Under the pieces are notes generated by a model. The model ran no database searches, was not told the origin of the DNA, and saw only the letters and a program-made list of their open reading frames with translations. Shown here one piece after another: positions 42,802 through 53,177 of a stretch of DNA of 62,607 nucleotides. The DNA comes from a candidate division WOR-3 bacterium. GTDB lineage: Bacteria; Hydrothermota; Tepidihabitantia; Tepidihabitantales; Tepidihabitantaceae. Made by a program: the position numbers and the translations under genes. How positions within the stretch are numbered: the stretch's first letter is position 1; each line of letters begins with the position of its first letter. The stretch is from positions 1 through 62,607 of the forward strand of contig JBDRUF010000003.1 of NCBI GenBank assembly GCA_039801245.1, written 5' to 3'.

Positions 42802-43446
42802 ATGAGCAGATGGGCATTTTGCCTGGTTTTTCTGTTTGCGGGCTGTTTGGGACCTAATGTCCAGACCGCAATTGTGAGCCCAAGCCGGCAGTTGCCGCCG
42901 GCATGGCTATTTTCCGGGGCTGGAGAGGCGAAGGCGGTGCGCTCTGCCCGGTATCTGGGCAGGTTCAAGGTTACATTTTACTGGGTTGTTGAGGAAAAGG
43001 ATTATCCTCAGACCAAGAGCACGCCCCTTTATGCTCAGGATGGGAAACTTATCGGCAGGTTTTCCTCATCATTTGTGAAGGATTTTAAGATTGAGTCTGC
43101 TGCCCGGTTAAGGGACGGCAGGTGTTTGAGTTATCTTAAGAAACAGAATCGTGCCCAGGTGGTGGAGCGGTTTTTGGGTCATGGTGGGTATACACTAATT
43201 GACCTGAAGTCAATTGCGGTGGACCCGATGGTAATTCCTTTAGGTTCAAAGGTTTACATTCCGCAGCTGGAGAATGTTACGGTTCAGGGCAAGGTTTTGA
43301 ACGGTATTTTTTATGCCCATGATGTTGGAAGTGCGGTTAAGGGCAATCACATCGATATTTTTATCGGGGTTAAGGATAACATCCAGGCTTTTGCGTTAGC
43401 GGGGGTTAAGAGTTCTGGTAGCGTCGATGTGTATCTTTTGGAGTAA
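42802..43446 (+). CDS. 3D-domain (MltA-like) lipoprotein
   Basis: MSRWAFCLVFLFAGC lipobox. GRFKVTFYW and YAHDVGSAVKGNHIDIFIG are 3D-domain aspartates. Confidence 0.7.
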   Translation: MSRWAFCLVFLFAGCLGPNVQTAIVSPSRQLPPAWLFSGAGEAKAVRSARYLGRFKVTFYWVVEEKDYPQTKSTPLYAQDGKLIGRFSSSFVKDFKIESAARLRDGRCLSYLKKQNRAQVVERFLGHGGYTLIDLKSIAVDPMVIPLGSKVYIPQLENVTVQGKVLNGIFYAHDVGSAVKGNHIDIFIGVKDNIQAFALAGVKSSGSVDVYLLE

Positions 43447-44238
43447 TGATTCTGGCTCAAAAACGGGCAGGGTTTTGGTTCGCTCCTGAATCATCCTTTT
43501 GACAACATCCTCTCGCCATTCGTAATATAGGTCGGCAAGGGTCAGGGTCTTTATTTGGTTTGCCGCAAGCCATTCAATCAGGGCGGCAAAGTTTTCCAAA
43601 GACCACTCGGTAAAGACAGCGGGCTGGGGAACAATCCGGTGGAGGAGCAGAATTGAAACCGGGTTGTTTTTGATATGCTCCTTTACCGCCTCCAGGCTTG
43701 TTTCCTTGCGCAGTTCAAAGATGGGCAGCTGGTAAGGCTCAACCCAGAGGTTAATTTCACCCGTTTTAACCGCCCGACCGAGCCGATAGCCTGCTCTGCG
43801 CACCATTCTGATGACCCGGGGGTTACGGTCGCCATAAGGGTAAACGAAGGTGATAACCGGAACCCCAAAAACCGATTCAAGAAAAGTCCTGGAGCGGTAA
43901 ATCTCGTGCCAGGCTTGGGCACTATCCAGGCGGGTAAGATAGGGGTGGGAAAGGCTGTGGCTGGCAATTTCAATCCCGGTTGAGTCAATCATCTCCTTTA
44001 TCTGGTTGTAACTCAGAAATGTGTTGGGGTTGCCATAGCCAGTTTTGATGCCGGCAACATAGTCAACAATCAGAGCAATGGTGGCGGTCATTTTGTATTT
44101 CTTCAAAAGGGGATAGACATTGTCGTAGATGCACCGGTAGCCGTCATCAATGGAAAGGATAACACGGTGTTCAGAGCCAAGGGCTGATTCGGGTGCAGCC
44201 GAGAAAAGGTAGGTTAAGAGAAGGCAAATGCGCATCAT
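43396..44238 (-). CDS. Polysaccharide deacetylase (NodB homology domain)
   Basis: LSIDDGY and IASHSLSHP motifs. The 3' end overlaps the convergent 3D-domain gene by 51 nt. Confidence 0.75.
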   Translation of the reverse strand: MMRICLLLTYLFSAAPESALGSEHRVILSIDDGYRCIYDNVYPLLKKYKMTATIALIVDYVAGIKTGYGNPNTFLSYNQIKEMIDSTGIEIASHSLSHPYLTRLDSAQAWHEIYRSRTFLESVFGVPVITFVYPYGDRNPRVIRMVRRAGYRLGRAVKTGEINLWVEPYQLPIFELRKETSLEAVKEHIKNNPVSILLLHRIVPQPAVFTEWSLENFAALIEWLAANQIKTLTLADLYYEWREDVVKRMIQERTKTLPVFEPESLLQKIHIDATRTLNPR

Positions 44239-44296
44239 TTATTTGACTACCTTAGACAATTGACAAGTTCACTATCTTTGGCACACTATAATATAT

Positions 44297-45946
44297 ATGA
44301 AAATTGCCATTGCTCAACTTAACCCGACGGTTGGTGACATCAAGGGTAATATTGAACTGGTGAGAAAAACCATCACTAACCTTGAACCGGAACAGCCCGA
44401 TTTAGTAATATTTCCAGAGATGTTTTTGACCGGTTATCCGCCAGGGGATTTATTGGAAAGGAGCTGGTTTATCCAAAGGGCAGAACAGGGTATGATAGAG
44501 GTGGCGAAAATCTCTAAGGGGTGTAGTTGTGCAATTTTAATCGGCGGGGTGGCGCGCAGCAACCAAAAGTTTGGCAGGGGGCTTTATAACTGCGCGTTTG
44601 GGTTTTATCAGGGCAAGGAGGTTTACAGGCAGGCAAAGTGGCTGCTTCCCTTTTATGATGTGTTTGATGAGGTGAGGTATTTTGACCCGGCAAGAGAGGT
44701 GAGGCTTTGGGATTTCAAGGGTGAGCGCATCGGGGTTTCCATCTGCGAGGATGCCTGGAATGTTTTGGAATTTGGGGGGAAATACCGCTACGATTTTGAC
44801 CCGATTGGTGAACAGGCACGGCAGGGTGCAACCCTTTTTATCAATATTGCGGCATCACCGTTCTGGCTGGGTAAGCCAGAGCTGAGGCTGAAACTGATTA
44901 AGGGGCATAGCCTGAAACACAAAAAGCCGTTTATTTTTGTTAATCAGGTGGGTGGGCAGGATGAGCTTATCTTTGACGGCAGGGGTTTTGCAACAAATCC
45001 TCAAGGAGGGTTGGCATTCTTTTTGCCTGAATTTGAGGAAAGGGTTTTTGTGTTTGAGAGTGAAATTTTCCAGAGAGAGGTGGCAACAGGTGAGGATATT
45101 GGCTCAGGGATTAAGGACGTGTATCAGGCACTGGTTTTGGGCATTAAGGACTATTTGCATAAGTGCGGGTTAAAAAAGGCGGTTATTGGGCTTTCTGGTG
45201 GGATTGATTCGGCGGTAACCGCCTGTCTGGCGGTTGCAGCCTTGGGCAAGGAGAATGTGTTAGGTGTAACGATGCCTTCAGAGTTTTCATCAAAAGGTAG
45301 TGTTGAGGATTCAAGGATACTGGCAAACAATCTTGGGATTGAGTTTTTGATTATACCGATTACCCCGATTTATCACTGTTATCTTGAGGCGCTGAAGGGC
45401 GCTTTTGCCGGTAAGGGAGAAGACACCACCGAGGAGAACATTCAGGCAAGGATCAGGGGAAATATTTTAATGGCGATTGCCAACAAGTTCGGTTATCTTG
45501 TCCTGACAACCGGGAATAAGAGCGAGCTGGCGGTTGGTTATTGCACCCTTTATGGTGATATGAGCGGTGGTCTGGCGGTTTTAGGTGATGTGCCGAAGAT
45601 GATGGTTTACCAGCTTGCTGGATATATTAACCGTGAGAAGGAAATAATACCAATGGCAATTATTAAAAAGCCGCCTTCAGCAGAACTGAAGCCAAACCAG
45701 CGGGACCAGGATACGCTGCCGCCATATGAGATTCTTGACCCAATCCTTGAGCATTATATTGAGGAGGGGCTTTCACCAGAGGAGATTGTCAAAAAGGGGT
45801 TTAAAAAAGATGTTGTGGATTGGGTTGTTTCTCAGGTGGCAAGGATGGAGTATAAGAGGCGGCAGGCCCCGGTGGTTTTAAGGGTAACAAGCAGGGCTTT
45901 TGGGACCGGCAGGCGGTTTCCGATTGCGGCGAGATACCGGGATTAA
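44297..45946 (+). CDS. nadE: Glutamine-dependent NAD+ synthetase
   Basis: N-terminal CN-hydrolase domain (FPEMFLTGY, ICED) plus the C-terminal NAD synthase P-loop GLSGGIDSAV. A perfect TATAAT (44287-44292) lies 4 nt before the ATG. Confidence 0.9.
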   Translation: MKIAIAQLNPTVGDIKGNIELVRKTITNLEPEQPDLVIFPEMFLTGYPPGDLLERSWFIQRAEQGMIEVAKISKGCSCAILIGGVARSNQKFGRGLYNCAFGFYQGKEVYRQAKWLLPFYDVFDEVRYFDPAREVRLWDFKGERIGVSICEDAWNVLEFGGKYRYDFDPIGEQARQGATLFINIAASPFWLGKPELRLKLIKGHSLKHKKPFIFVNQVGGQDELIFDGRGFATNPQGGLAFFLPEFEERVFVFESEIFQREVATGEDIGSGIKDVYQALVLGIKDYLHKCGLKKAVIGLSGGIDSAVTACLAVAALGKENVLGVTMPSEFSSKGSVEDSRILANNLGIEFLIIPITPIYHCYLEALKGAFAGKGEDTTEENIQARIRGNILMAIANKFGYLVLTTGNKSELAVGYCTLYGDMSGGLAVLGDVPKMMVYQLAGYINREKEIIPMAIIKKPPSAELKPNQRDQDTLPPYEILDPILEHYIEEGLSPEEIVKKGFKKDVVDWVVSQVARMEYKRRQAPVVLRVTSRAFGTGRRFPIAARYRD

Positions 45947-45954
45947 TTCGGAGT

Positions 45955-47787
45955 TTAATCCCTGTTTGTGCGGAGAAGGGGCTGGAGTTCTGGTAGTTGT
46001 TGGATGTGCGGCTGGATTTTCTTAGCACGGGTGAGTAATTGGAGCGCTTTTGCCGTGTCTTTGCGCGCAAGGGCAATGAGTGCAAGGTTGTAGAGCGCGG
46101 GTAGGCAGTTGGAGTCAAGTTGGAGCGCCTTTTGGTAACAGGTCGAGGCGGCGGCGGTGTCACCAAGGGAGAGGGGTATTGTGCCCAAGCGGCTGAACAG
46201 GAGGGCTTGGTTGGGTGTGGAGGTGAGGGGTTGAAGTAGGGTGGAGTCGGGGGGTGATGCCCGCTGAAGGGCAAGAAGGGCGCTGTCTATCTCACCAGCA
46301 AGGAGAAAGGTATAGGTCAGGTGGGTATGGATTAGCGGGGAGTTTGGCTGGAGTTCGTTGGCAAGCCGGAGGTGGTGAAGCGCACGGCGAAAGTCGCCTT
46401 TGTTGGTGTAGAGAACCGCGATGTTGATATGGGCGCGGGCGAAGCCCTGATCAAGGAGAATCGCCCGGTTGTAAAGTTTTATCGCGGAGTCCGGGAGGGT
46501 TGGGCTAAGTGCCCGCGCAAGGTGGTAGTAGGCGGTTGGTGCTTTTGGCGCCTCGTTTACCATTGCTGAGAAAAGTGTTACTTCATTGCGCCAGACCCCG
46601 AGCCGTTTTTTAGTATTGAACCCGAAGGCAATTGCCGCTATCAGAAGCAGGGTTCCAACCACCTCTCTGATGCGGTGATGGGCAACAAGGAGCCGGGAGA
46701 GGATAACAATAACCAGTGCAATCAGACCAACTGAAGGCAAAAAGAGTAGTCTTTCTGCCGCCTGGAGACCAAGGGGAAAGATATTAATCACTGGCAGGAG
46801 AAAGATGGTAGTCCAGGTATATGGCCAGAGAGCGATCTGGAAACGGCGGCGCAGGGCAGCAAGAGGCACAGAAATCAGAAACAAGAGTGCCCAAATAAAG
46901 TGATTGGAAAGTTCGAGGAAATTAGGGTCAGGAGGAATCCGGGCATAGTGGGTAAACGGGACAAAAAACATCCTGATGTAATAGCCAAAGGTATTGGCAA
47001 TGTTCAAGAGGTTAAATGCGGTTAAGGTGGTTGGTAATGGGAGAAAGGTGTTAAAGAGTAGCTGGCGGAGATAAAGGTAAGCGAGGGCAATCGCTATTAG
47101 AATCAGGACAAGAAGCCAGTATTGTTTTTGAGGTCGACTCTGGATAAAAAGTGGAGTAAAGGAAACCAGGAGTGGGAAAAGTATCGCGGTTTCCTTACTT
47201 AAGAGGGCAAGTGCAAAACAGGTTGGGAGGACAAGCCACCAGAGCCGATTTTTTTTACGGAACGATCGCAGCAGGGCAAAGGACGCAAAGCCCAAAAAGA
47301 GCGTTGCCAACAGGTCGGTGCGTCCAGAAATATAAGCCACCGCCTCAACATGGGCGGGATGGGTGGCAAAAATGGTGCCGGCAATAAATGCCCAGACCGC
47401 AGAATGAAGTAATTCCCAGACAATCAGTGCCCCAAAGATAGCGGCAGCAGTGGCAATAACGAGATTGATGAGGTGGAAGTAAAGGGGGCTTAAACCGGCA
47501 AGCTTCCAATCGAGCCAGAATGAAAGGGTGGCAATTGGGCGGTAATAGGCGGCAACAGGACCTTCTTCCACCTCTTCGACCCCTGCCCAGTAGCCACGGG
47601 TAAAAATCTGCGCGAAACTGGATTCCTGGAGGAGGCGGTTGTTCACAATCAACAGGTTATCATCCCAGACAAAGTCGAATCTGAGCGTCGGTAGGTAGAG
47701 GATGAGATTAACGAGAGCAACAGCCGTCAGGACCAATGCCATACCCCGACGGTTGCGTAACCAGTCGGCAAGGGATTGGCTGTTCAC
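45955..47787 (-). CDS. Polytopic membrane protein (TMTC/PMT_2-like glycosyltransferase fold) with C-terminal TPR repeats
   Basis: FDFVWDDNLLIVNN motif near the N-terminus, about 10 TM segments, then TPR units. Confidence 0.65.
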   Translation of the reverse strand: MNSQSLADWLRNRRGMALVLTAVALVNLILYLPTLRFDFVWDDNLLIVNNRLLQESSFAQIFTRGYWAGVEEVEEGPVAAYYRPIATLSFWLDWKLAGLSPLYFHLINLVIATAAAIFGALIVWELLHSAVWAFIAGTIFATHPAHVEAVAYISGRTDLLATLFLGFASFALLRSFRKKNRLWWLVLPTCFALALLSKETAILFPLLVSFTPLFIQSRPQKQYWLLVLILIAIALAYLYLRQLLFNTFLPLPTTLTAFNLLNIANTFGYYIRMFFVPFTHYARIPPDPNFLELSNHFIWALLFLISVPLAALRRRFQIALWPYTWTTIFLLPVINIFPLGLQAAERLLFLPSVGLIALVIVILSRLLVAHHRIREVVGTLLLIAAIAFGFNTKKRLGVWRNEVTLFSAMVNEAPKAPTAYYHLARALSPTLPDSAIKLYNRAILLDQGFARAHINIAVLYTNKGDFRRALHHLRLANELQPNSPLIHTHLTYTFLLAGEIDSALLALQRASPPDSTLLQPLTSTPNQALLFSRLGTIPLSLGDTAAASTCYQKALQLDSNCLPALYNLALIALARKDTAKALQLLTRAKKIQPHIQQLPELQPLLRTNRD

Positions 47788-47843
47788 TATTAGTGAAGTT
47801 TGGCTAACTACCAGAAGGTGTCAAGAATAGTTATTGGTGCATA

Positions 47844-50800
47844 TCAGTGAATCCGCACCACCTTTTCTACCTTTTGGCCAACGGCGATGAAAAGGACACC
47901 ATTTTGGCTATTTTGGGGCTGGTAGGTAAAAGCGCCGGAAAGGTTTGAGACCGGCAGTTCAAACTGGTCGACGATTCTGCCGGTAACATCGCGGACAGTA
48001 ACAAAGAGCGGCTGGATTTTATTGAGCGTGTAGTGAATTGTCACCTTGCGGTTAAAAAGTTTGGGTCTGATTGCAATTGAGCCGATGCTAGTAACCTTTG
48101 CCTTTTCCTCAACAATACCCACCTGCGGTTCGTACCAGTTAAATGCGCTGTCTGAACTGGCTGCCATCTGGTTGAAAGTCCTGCCGCCACAGATGACAAA
48201 GGCAACAATCTGGCTGTCGCCGGCAGGGATGGTATAGGGTCCTGAGGAGACAAGGGCATGCCAGTTGCCTTGAGTTGTACCGGTTGTTGAACGGAGTCTG
48301 CCGTCAAGAAACATCATCTTTTCACTCTTGGTAAACCCGTCGTTGATATAGGTTGTGTGATTGATGCAGTTTGCAAAGCCACCAGACTCTAATGGGTAGA
48401 TGGGTCTGACACCGAGTGCAAGGGTTTCGGGTGAGGCTTTGATATAGGCAAGGGTGCGGGCAGAGTCGGTGCCGGCATAGTCGTACTGGTCAAGGGAGTT
48501 CCAGGGTGCGGTTCTGAAGTCGCAGGCAATACCAGCCCAGAGGCCGGAGATTTCAGCGGTGTCGTTGTTGTGAATCCGGTACTCAAGGACGATGAAGTCC
48601 TTGTGCTGGGTCTGGGCACTGACAAACGAGCGCTGGGTAACGGTGATGCCTTTGGGCTCGGGATGACGGGCATCTGAGAACACGCACACATACTCCTGGT
48701 CACCAAGTTCAGGGTTAATGACCGGTCTTAATGATTCCACGATGGCAAAATCCTGGGATGTAACCTGCCAGGGTGTGCCGTAATAGTTGTCTGCGAGCCA
48801 GAAGGTGTCGGGTTGGGCAACGCCCAAGAGAAATGAGCCGTGCATCATCGCTGATGATGACCATTGCCTGCTTTTTGGATAGATGAAGCCAAGACCCTGA
48901 CCCCGCCAGGTGGTTGTGCCAATCCCGCCATTCGCGCAGACGCCAATCACAAAGTCAGCGGTGTCATGGACCGCCCAGATGCCGCTTCTGGCATAGGGCA
49001 TCCCGATTACCATTTCAAACTGCGATTCATAGGAGCCGAAACTGGAACTGACAAGCAGGTTCATTTCCACCGTTTGACCGTGCGGGCAGTTGCTGTTTAC
49101 CCTGACACAGTAGGCATCACCCTGAGAGGTGTCGCCAATTCCAAGGGAGTCGTAATGGCTGATTGAGTCCAATATTGTCAGATAGGGAGAACTGGTGCGC
49201 AGAAGACCGATGGTGTTTGTGCTTGACAGGTTGCCCTTGTTGATAACAACAATATAAAGGTCTGACTCCTCATTCGGGTCAAGTCTGCCATTCTCGTCAT
49301 CAACCCAGTGATGGTCATAGACAACCAATGGGCTTGCACCACCGGTCTGGGTGTAGATGTTTTTTTCATAAGGGGCGCCGTCCTGAGCGGTTATGGAAAG
49401 GGTTAATGTCTGAGTGTCCTCAATCGCGCTCAGGCAAACCTTTGCTATGCCCAAGGAGTTAGTTAATGCCCGACCAAGAAGCTGATTCTGATGCAGGATT
49501 GCCACCCTTGCCCCTGCAGCCGGCTGATAACCTTCATAGTTAACCTCAACGGTCAAAACCTGCGGTTTTGCTTCAATTGTGTCCGGGCAGGTGACCACAA
49601 GTTCCTTTGGGATTGTCCGCCACATAAGCATTGTCGGGTCACCCTGAAGTGTCCAGTCATAAAGCGACCAGCGATAGGTCATCTGGCTGAAGGCGGCGTT
49701 GCGTAAAAAGTCTTTGGCAAGGGCATAGGCTCTTCCCTGATTAAAGCCCTTCACATAGTTATTATAGAACTCCATACAGAGGTTTTCTGATGGTCCCATA
49801 TTTGGTGGGGCACCCCAGCCATAACGGGCATTAAGGCAGGTGGAGACCGCACCGCCATTGGTGGCGTTGACAAACTGTTCGCCAAGGCAGTCATACTGGT
49901 CAAAGTTGCCGCAGTCACAAGCCATGGAGTTGACGATGCAGGGCATATTGACATTGGTCAAGGATGAGAGATTGGAGGTGGAGAATGTTGAGCCGAAGGC
50001 GCTGGTTGAGCCATGACCGGCAAAGTGGAAGAGGTGCCTGCCGGAGTTGATGCTCGTTACACACTGGGTCGGGGTCATATTATAGACCGAATCCACGAGC
50101 CAGTTTGCCATCTCCGAGAGGGCAATGGCAATGTTTTTGTTCACAATTCTGCCGTAGTAGTCAATGTTTGTCCAGAGCCCCTCAAAGGGGAGAAGGACAT
50201 TGTGCAGATAGGTGGTGTCAGGGTGGCGCTCATAAAGCGAGTCCTTTTTTAAGAAGTTGGCGCAGTTGGATGAGTCGTCAAAAGGTAACCTGCCAACAAC
50301 AATGTCAGAATAGAGGTCAACCGAGTCGGGATTGAAATTGGTGTAGTCATACTCGCCGAACTGGCTGTTGTTGTTCGCATCCCAGGTGCCATCCAAATCT
50401 GAATAATAGAGGTCTGCCGGGACATTGTAAGGTGAATAGGGAAGATAGCCATAGCGGCAGGGAACATGCTGGACATCACCGGCCAAGATAACATATTTCA
50501 AGCCCCGGTGGGCGTAACAGTCCTTTAAGAAGTTTCTGATTTTTTCAGGGTTGTCCCTGCCGGAATAGCGGGCATAGATGGTCTCGGTTGGCATCACCTC
50601 GGTAAAATAGCCCTTGCGCTGGAGATAGTCGGCAAACGGGGCAACGGCACTGACGAGTGCGGATGATGTTACAATAGCCACATCCAGTTCCTCCTGGTCA
50701 AGTTCGGCAACAATTGGTGAAAAGCGGTTTAAGTCATTATTGTTCACCACTAAATGGTGAACATCCTCCTTGAAAGCCTCAAACTGTCCCAGAGTCAAAA

Positions 50801-51350
50801 CATTAGCCGGTGCGGCATTCTCATCATATTCAACTTCAATTTCTGCACCTGTTGCCAAGAGGAGCCTGCCTGATTGGGGATAGTATTGGAAAGGGCAGAA
50901 GAGAAGGCCGGCAATCCTGAAGCCCGACTTTGTTCCTGCGGGAACCGGGTTCAGAACCTCTGCCGGATAGGGAACATCACTCTGATAAATCTCGGGTTTG
51001 GGTTGAACAAAGGGAACGGAGTTAAACTGGGAAACAGGTCTCATTGGCTGACAGGGATAGAGGCTTAAGCCGGTTGCGATCTCCTGCCAATGGACATTTT
51101 TCAAAACAACCCTTTTTAATTTGGCATCGGGCGGAATCAGGACATTTCCTGAGATAACCGGCAAAAGCGGCTCACCCGGTGCGGTTGTTGTTACACAGAC
51201 CATACCATTCTGGTCAAGGTTCAATTTCACCACCGACCAGCCATCATAACTTACCACACTCACCTGTTCGGGTGAGATTGTAATCGGGAGATTAACAACA
51301 CCGGCAAGGCAGACCCCTGCCATCAGGATAACAGCACAAAAAAACTTCAC
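47844..51350 (-). CDS. Peptidase C25 (gingipain-like) family protein with T9SS-type C-terminal sorting domain
   Basis: FHFAGHGS (His) and NSMACDCGNF (Cys) contexts, plus VILAGDVQHVP. The C-terminus reads VTIHYTLNK...VTVRDVTGRIV...GVLFIAVG. GTG start with AGGAGG. Confidence 0.75.
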   Translation of the reverse strand: MKFFCAVILMAGVCLAGVVNLPITISPEQVSVVSYDGWSVVKLNLDQNGMVCVTTTAPGEPLLPVISGNVLIPPDAKLKRVVLKNVHWQEIATGLSLYPCQPMRPVSQFNSVPFVQPKPEIYQSDVPYPAEVLNPVPAGTKSGFRIAGLLFCPFQYYPQSGRLLLATGAEIEVEYDENAAPANVLTLGQFEAFKEDVHHLVVNNNDLNRFSPIVAELDQEELDVAIVTSSALVSAVAPFADYLQRKGYFTEVMPTETIYARYSGRDNPEKIRNFLKDCYAHRGLKYVILAGDVQHVPCRYGYLPYSPYNVPADLYYSDLDGTWDANNNSQFGEYDYTNFNPDSVDLYSDIVVGRLPFDDSSNCANFLKKDSLYERHPDTTYLHNVLLPFEGLWTNIDYYGRIVNKNIAIALSEMANWLVDSVYNMTPTQCVTSINSGRHLFHFAGHGSTSAFGSTFSTSNLSSLTNVNMPCIVNSMACDCGNFDQYDCLGEQFVNATNGGAVSTCLNARYGWGAPPNMGPSENLCMEFYNNYVKGFNQGRAYALAKDFLRNAAFSQMTYRWSLYDWTLQGDPTMLMWRTIPKELVVTCPDTIEAKPQVLTVEVNYEGYQPAAGARVAILHQNQLLGRALTNSLGIAKVCLSAIEDTQTLTLSITAQDGAPYEKNIYTQTGGASPLVVYDHHWVDDENGRLDPNEESDLYIVVINKGNLSSTNTIGLLRTSSPYLTILDSISHYDSLGIGDTSQGDAYCVRVNSNCPHGQTVEMNLLVSSSFGSYESQFEMVIGMPYARSGIWAVHDTADFVIGVCANGGIGTTTWRGQGLGFIYPKSRQWSSSAMMHGSFLLGVAQPDTFWLADNYYGTPWQVTSQDFAIVESLRPVINPELGDQEYVCVFSDARHPEPKGITVTQRSFVSAQTQHKDFIVLEYRIHNNDTAEISGLWAGIACDFRTAPWNSLDQYDYAGTDSARTLAYIKASPETLALGVRPIYPLESGGFANCINHTTYINDGFTKSEKMMFLDGRLRSTTGTTQGNWHALVSSGPYTIPAGDSQIVAFVICGGRTFNQMAASSDSAFNWYEPQVGIVEEKAKVTSIGSIAIRPKLFNRKVTIHYTLNKIQPLFVTVRDVTGRIVDQFELPVSNLSGAFTYQPQNSQNGVLFIAVGQKVEKVVRIH

Positions 51351-51434
51351 GAATCCTCCTTTTTATCAGGGTTTGGATTTGCAGACATTTTATAATTTTA
51401 AATTATCTCCTGCCGGATGCAAATGTCAAAGGAT

Positions 51435-52439
51435 TCAGCCCCTTTTCTGCCAGACATTTTCCCAGACACGCAAAAAGTTAAGTCCAAGAATCCCTTTAAT
51501 ATCACCGTCTTTATAGCCCAAATCAATCAGCCTTCTGGTAATTTCCGGCAGCATACTGGCATCCTCAAGCCCCTTGAGCCTGCCGGAGAAGCCGTCAAAG
51601 TCCGAGCCCAGACCAATAATGTCCGGTCCGAACCGCTGGACAACAAAGTCAATTGATTTTACCACATCATCAATGCTTGCCTTCTTGGGAAGTGGCTTGA
51701 GAAATCCGGGCAGAAAAGCCTGTCCCATCAAGCCGCGTCTTTCCTTTAAAGCCTGCAACTGGTTCAGTTTCAGGTTGCGGTTGTGTCTCCTTAATGCGTA
51801 GACACCGGAATGGGAGGCGATGACCGGTGCCCGGCTTGCTTGAACAATCTGGTAAAATGACCGCTCTGAGGAGTGGGAGACATCAACAATCATTCCCAAG
51901 CGGTTCATTATCCTTATCGCCCTTCTGCCCAATTCAGAAATCCCGTTGTGCGGCTTTTTTCTGTCCCAGGAGGCGTCGGCAAGTTCATTGGAGTTGCACC
52001 AGGTGATGGTGAGAATCCTTACCCCTGCGCGCCAGAAATGAAACAGCCGGGCAAGATTGCCTTCAAGTGCATGCCCACCTTCAACGCCGATGATAATTCC
52101 GATTCTCTTGGAGTTGACAATCCGTTTCAGACCTGCGGGTGAAAGGGCAAGACCAACCTTATCAGAATTTTCCTTGCAGAAGTTTTTGATTGCCCTGACC
52201 GCATTGAGGACAAACCGCTCATACTCACCGGGCTTAATCTTTTTCGGGTCAGGAAAGATGGCAAAGACCTGGGCTTTCAAACCACCCTTTATCATCTTCG
52301 GAAGGTCAAGATGCCCCTTGGTGTTTTTACTGATGTCCTCATTTTTCTCAATATGCCTTAAGATGGAGTCGCAGTGCATATCGATCACCAGTGATTGTTG
52401 ATGGAGTTTTTGATAATGAGCCGGATTGGTTTTTGCCAT
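51435..52439 (-). CDS. Membrane dipeptidase (peptidase M19)
   Basis: VIDMHCDS, VDVSHSS and GLGSDFDG motifs. Confidence 0.85.
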   Translation of the reverse strand: MAKTNPAHYQKLHQQSLVIDMHCDSILRHIEKNEDISKNTKGHLDLPKMIKGGLKAQVFAIFPDPKKIKPGEYERFVLNAVRAIKNFCKENSDKVGLALSPAGLKRIVNSKRIGIIIGVEGGHALEGNLARLFHFWRAGVRILTITWCNSNELADASWDRKKPHNGISELGRRAIRIMNRLGMIVDVSHSSERSFYQIVQASRAPVIASHSGVYALRRHNRNLKLNQLQALKERRGLMGQAFLPGFLKPLPKKASIDDVVKSIDFVVQRFGPDIIGLGSDFDGFSGRLKGLEDASMLPEITRRLIDLGYKDGDIKGILGLNFLRVWENVWQKRG

Positions 52440-52648
52440 AACAGTTCAGTTTACACCCTGATTTAGACCGGTCAATCAAATTAGGGGAGTTTTTCAGATG
52501 CCAGCCCCTGAATGTGTTTTCATCCGAATCCAACCCCGATTTGACTCTCCGGGTCACTCCCCCGGTAAAAACTTGGATTGGAGTTCAAATCGCTAACAGT
52601 ATGAAGAGTCGTATTTTATCACAAATAAACCAAAAGTGGGCAGAGGTC

Positions 52649-52683
52649 TGGCGTTAATTTTTTTAATTTTTGGGCTCTTAATG
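52649..52683 (+). repeat. 35-nt intergenic repeat, copy 1
   Basis: tggcgttaatttttttaatttttgggctcttaatg matches 56041-56075 at 30 of 35 positions. It ends 29 nt before ATG 52712. Confidence 0.7.
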
Positions 52684-52711
52684 TATAGAAGGCAATGAAA
52701 GGAGTAATATT

Positions 52712-53083
52712 ATGGCAGATTTAGATAAAATGGTGAAGAGATGGCTGAAAAAGTTTACGCCGGCAAGGGCAAAACAAACCCTTGAGGCGGTGTATGATGA
52801 GATGGCGAAGAATTATGCCCGGGCGATGGTGGATTTGCTGGCAATGGAAGACCAGACAAGGCAGGTTCTGAACCAATCCGGGATTCAGAGCGCGCTCTAT
52901 GTCCCCTATCTTGATTTTGCCCGGCAACTTTTTGCATTAAAAAGAAAGGGGATTAGCGGCAGGAGTTTTCAAATGGCGGCAGATGTGCTTCTGGCAAAAT
53001 GGTCAGCACGCGGTCTTAACCCCATTGTTTTGGAGAAAATCAGGCAGGAGGTGTTTGATAGCCAAAAGCAAAAAGACCTTTGA
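52712..53083 (+). CDS. Small helical protein, paralog family member D (unknown function)
   Basis: 123 aa with SD AGGAG. See the alignment with 11945. Confidence 0.7.
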   Translation: MADLDKMVKRWLKKFTPARAKQTLEAVYDEMAKNYARAMVDLLAMEDQTRQVLNQSGIQSALYVPYLDFARQLFALKRKGISGRSFQMAADVLLAKWSARGLNPIVLEKIRQEVFDSQKQKDL

Positions 53084-53177
53084 ACCTCTCTGGTTTAAAT
53101 TGCAATTAGCGCAAATTGGTGTTATAGTTCAATTGAGCCCCATCTATGGCGAGGCATAAAACCAAAAAGGAGGCACA

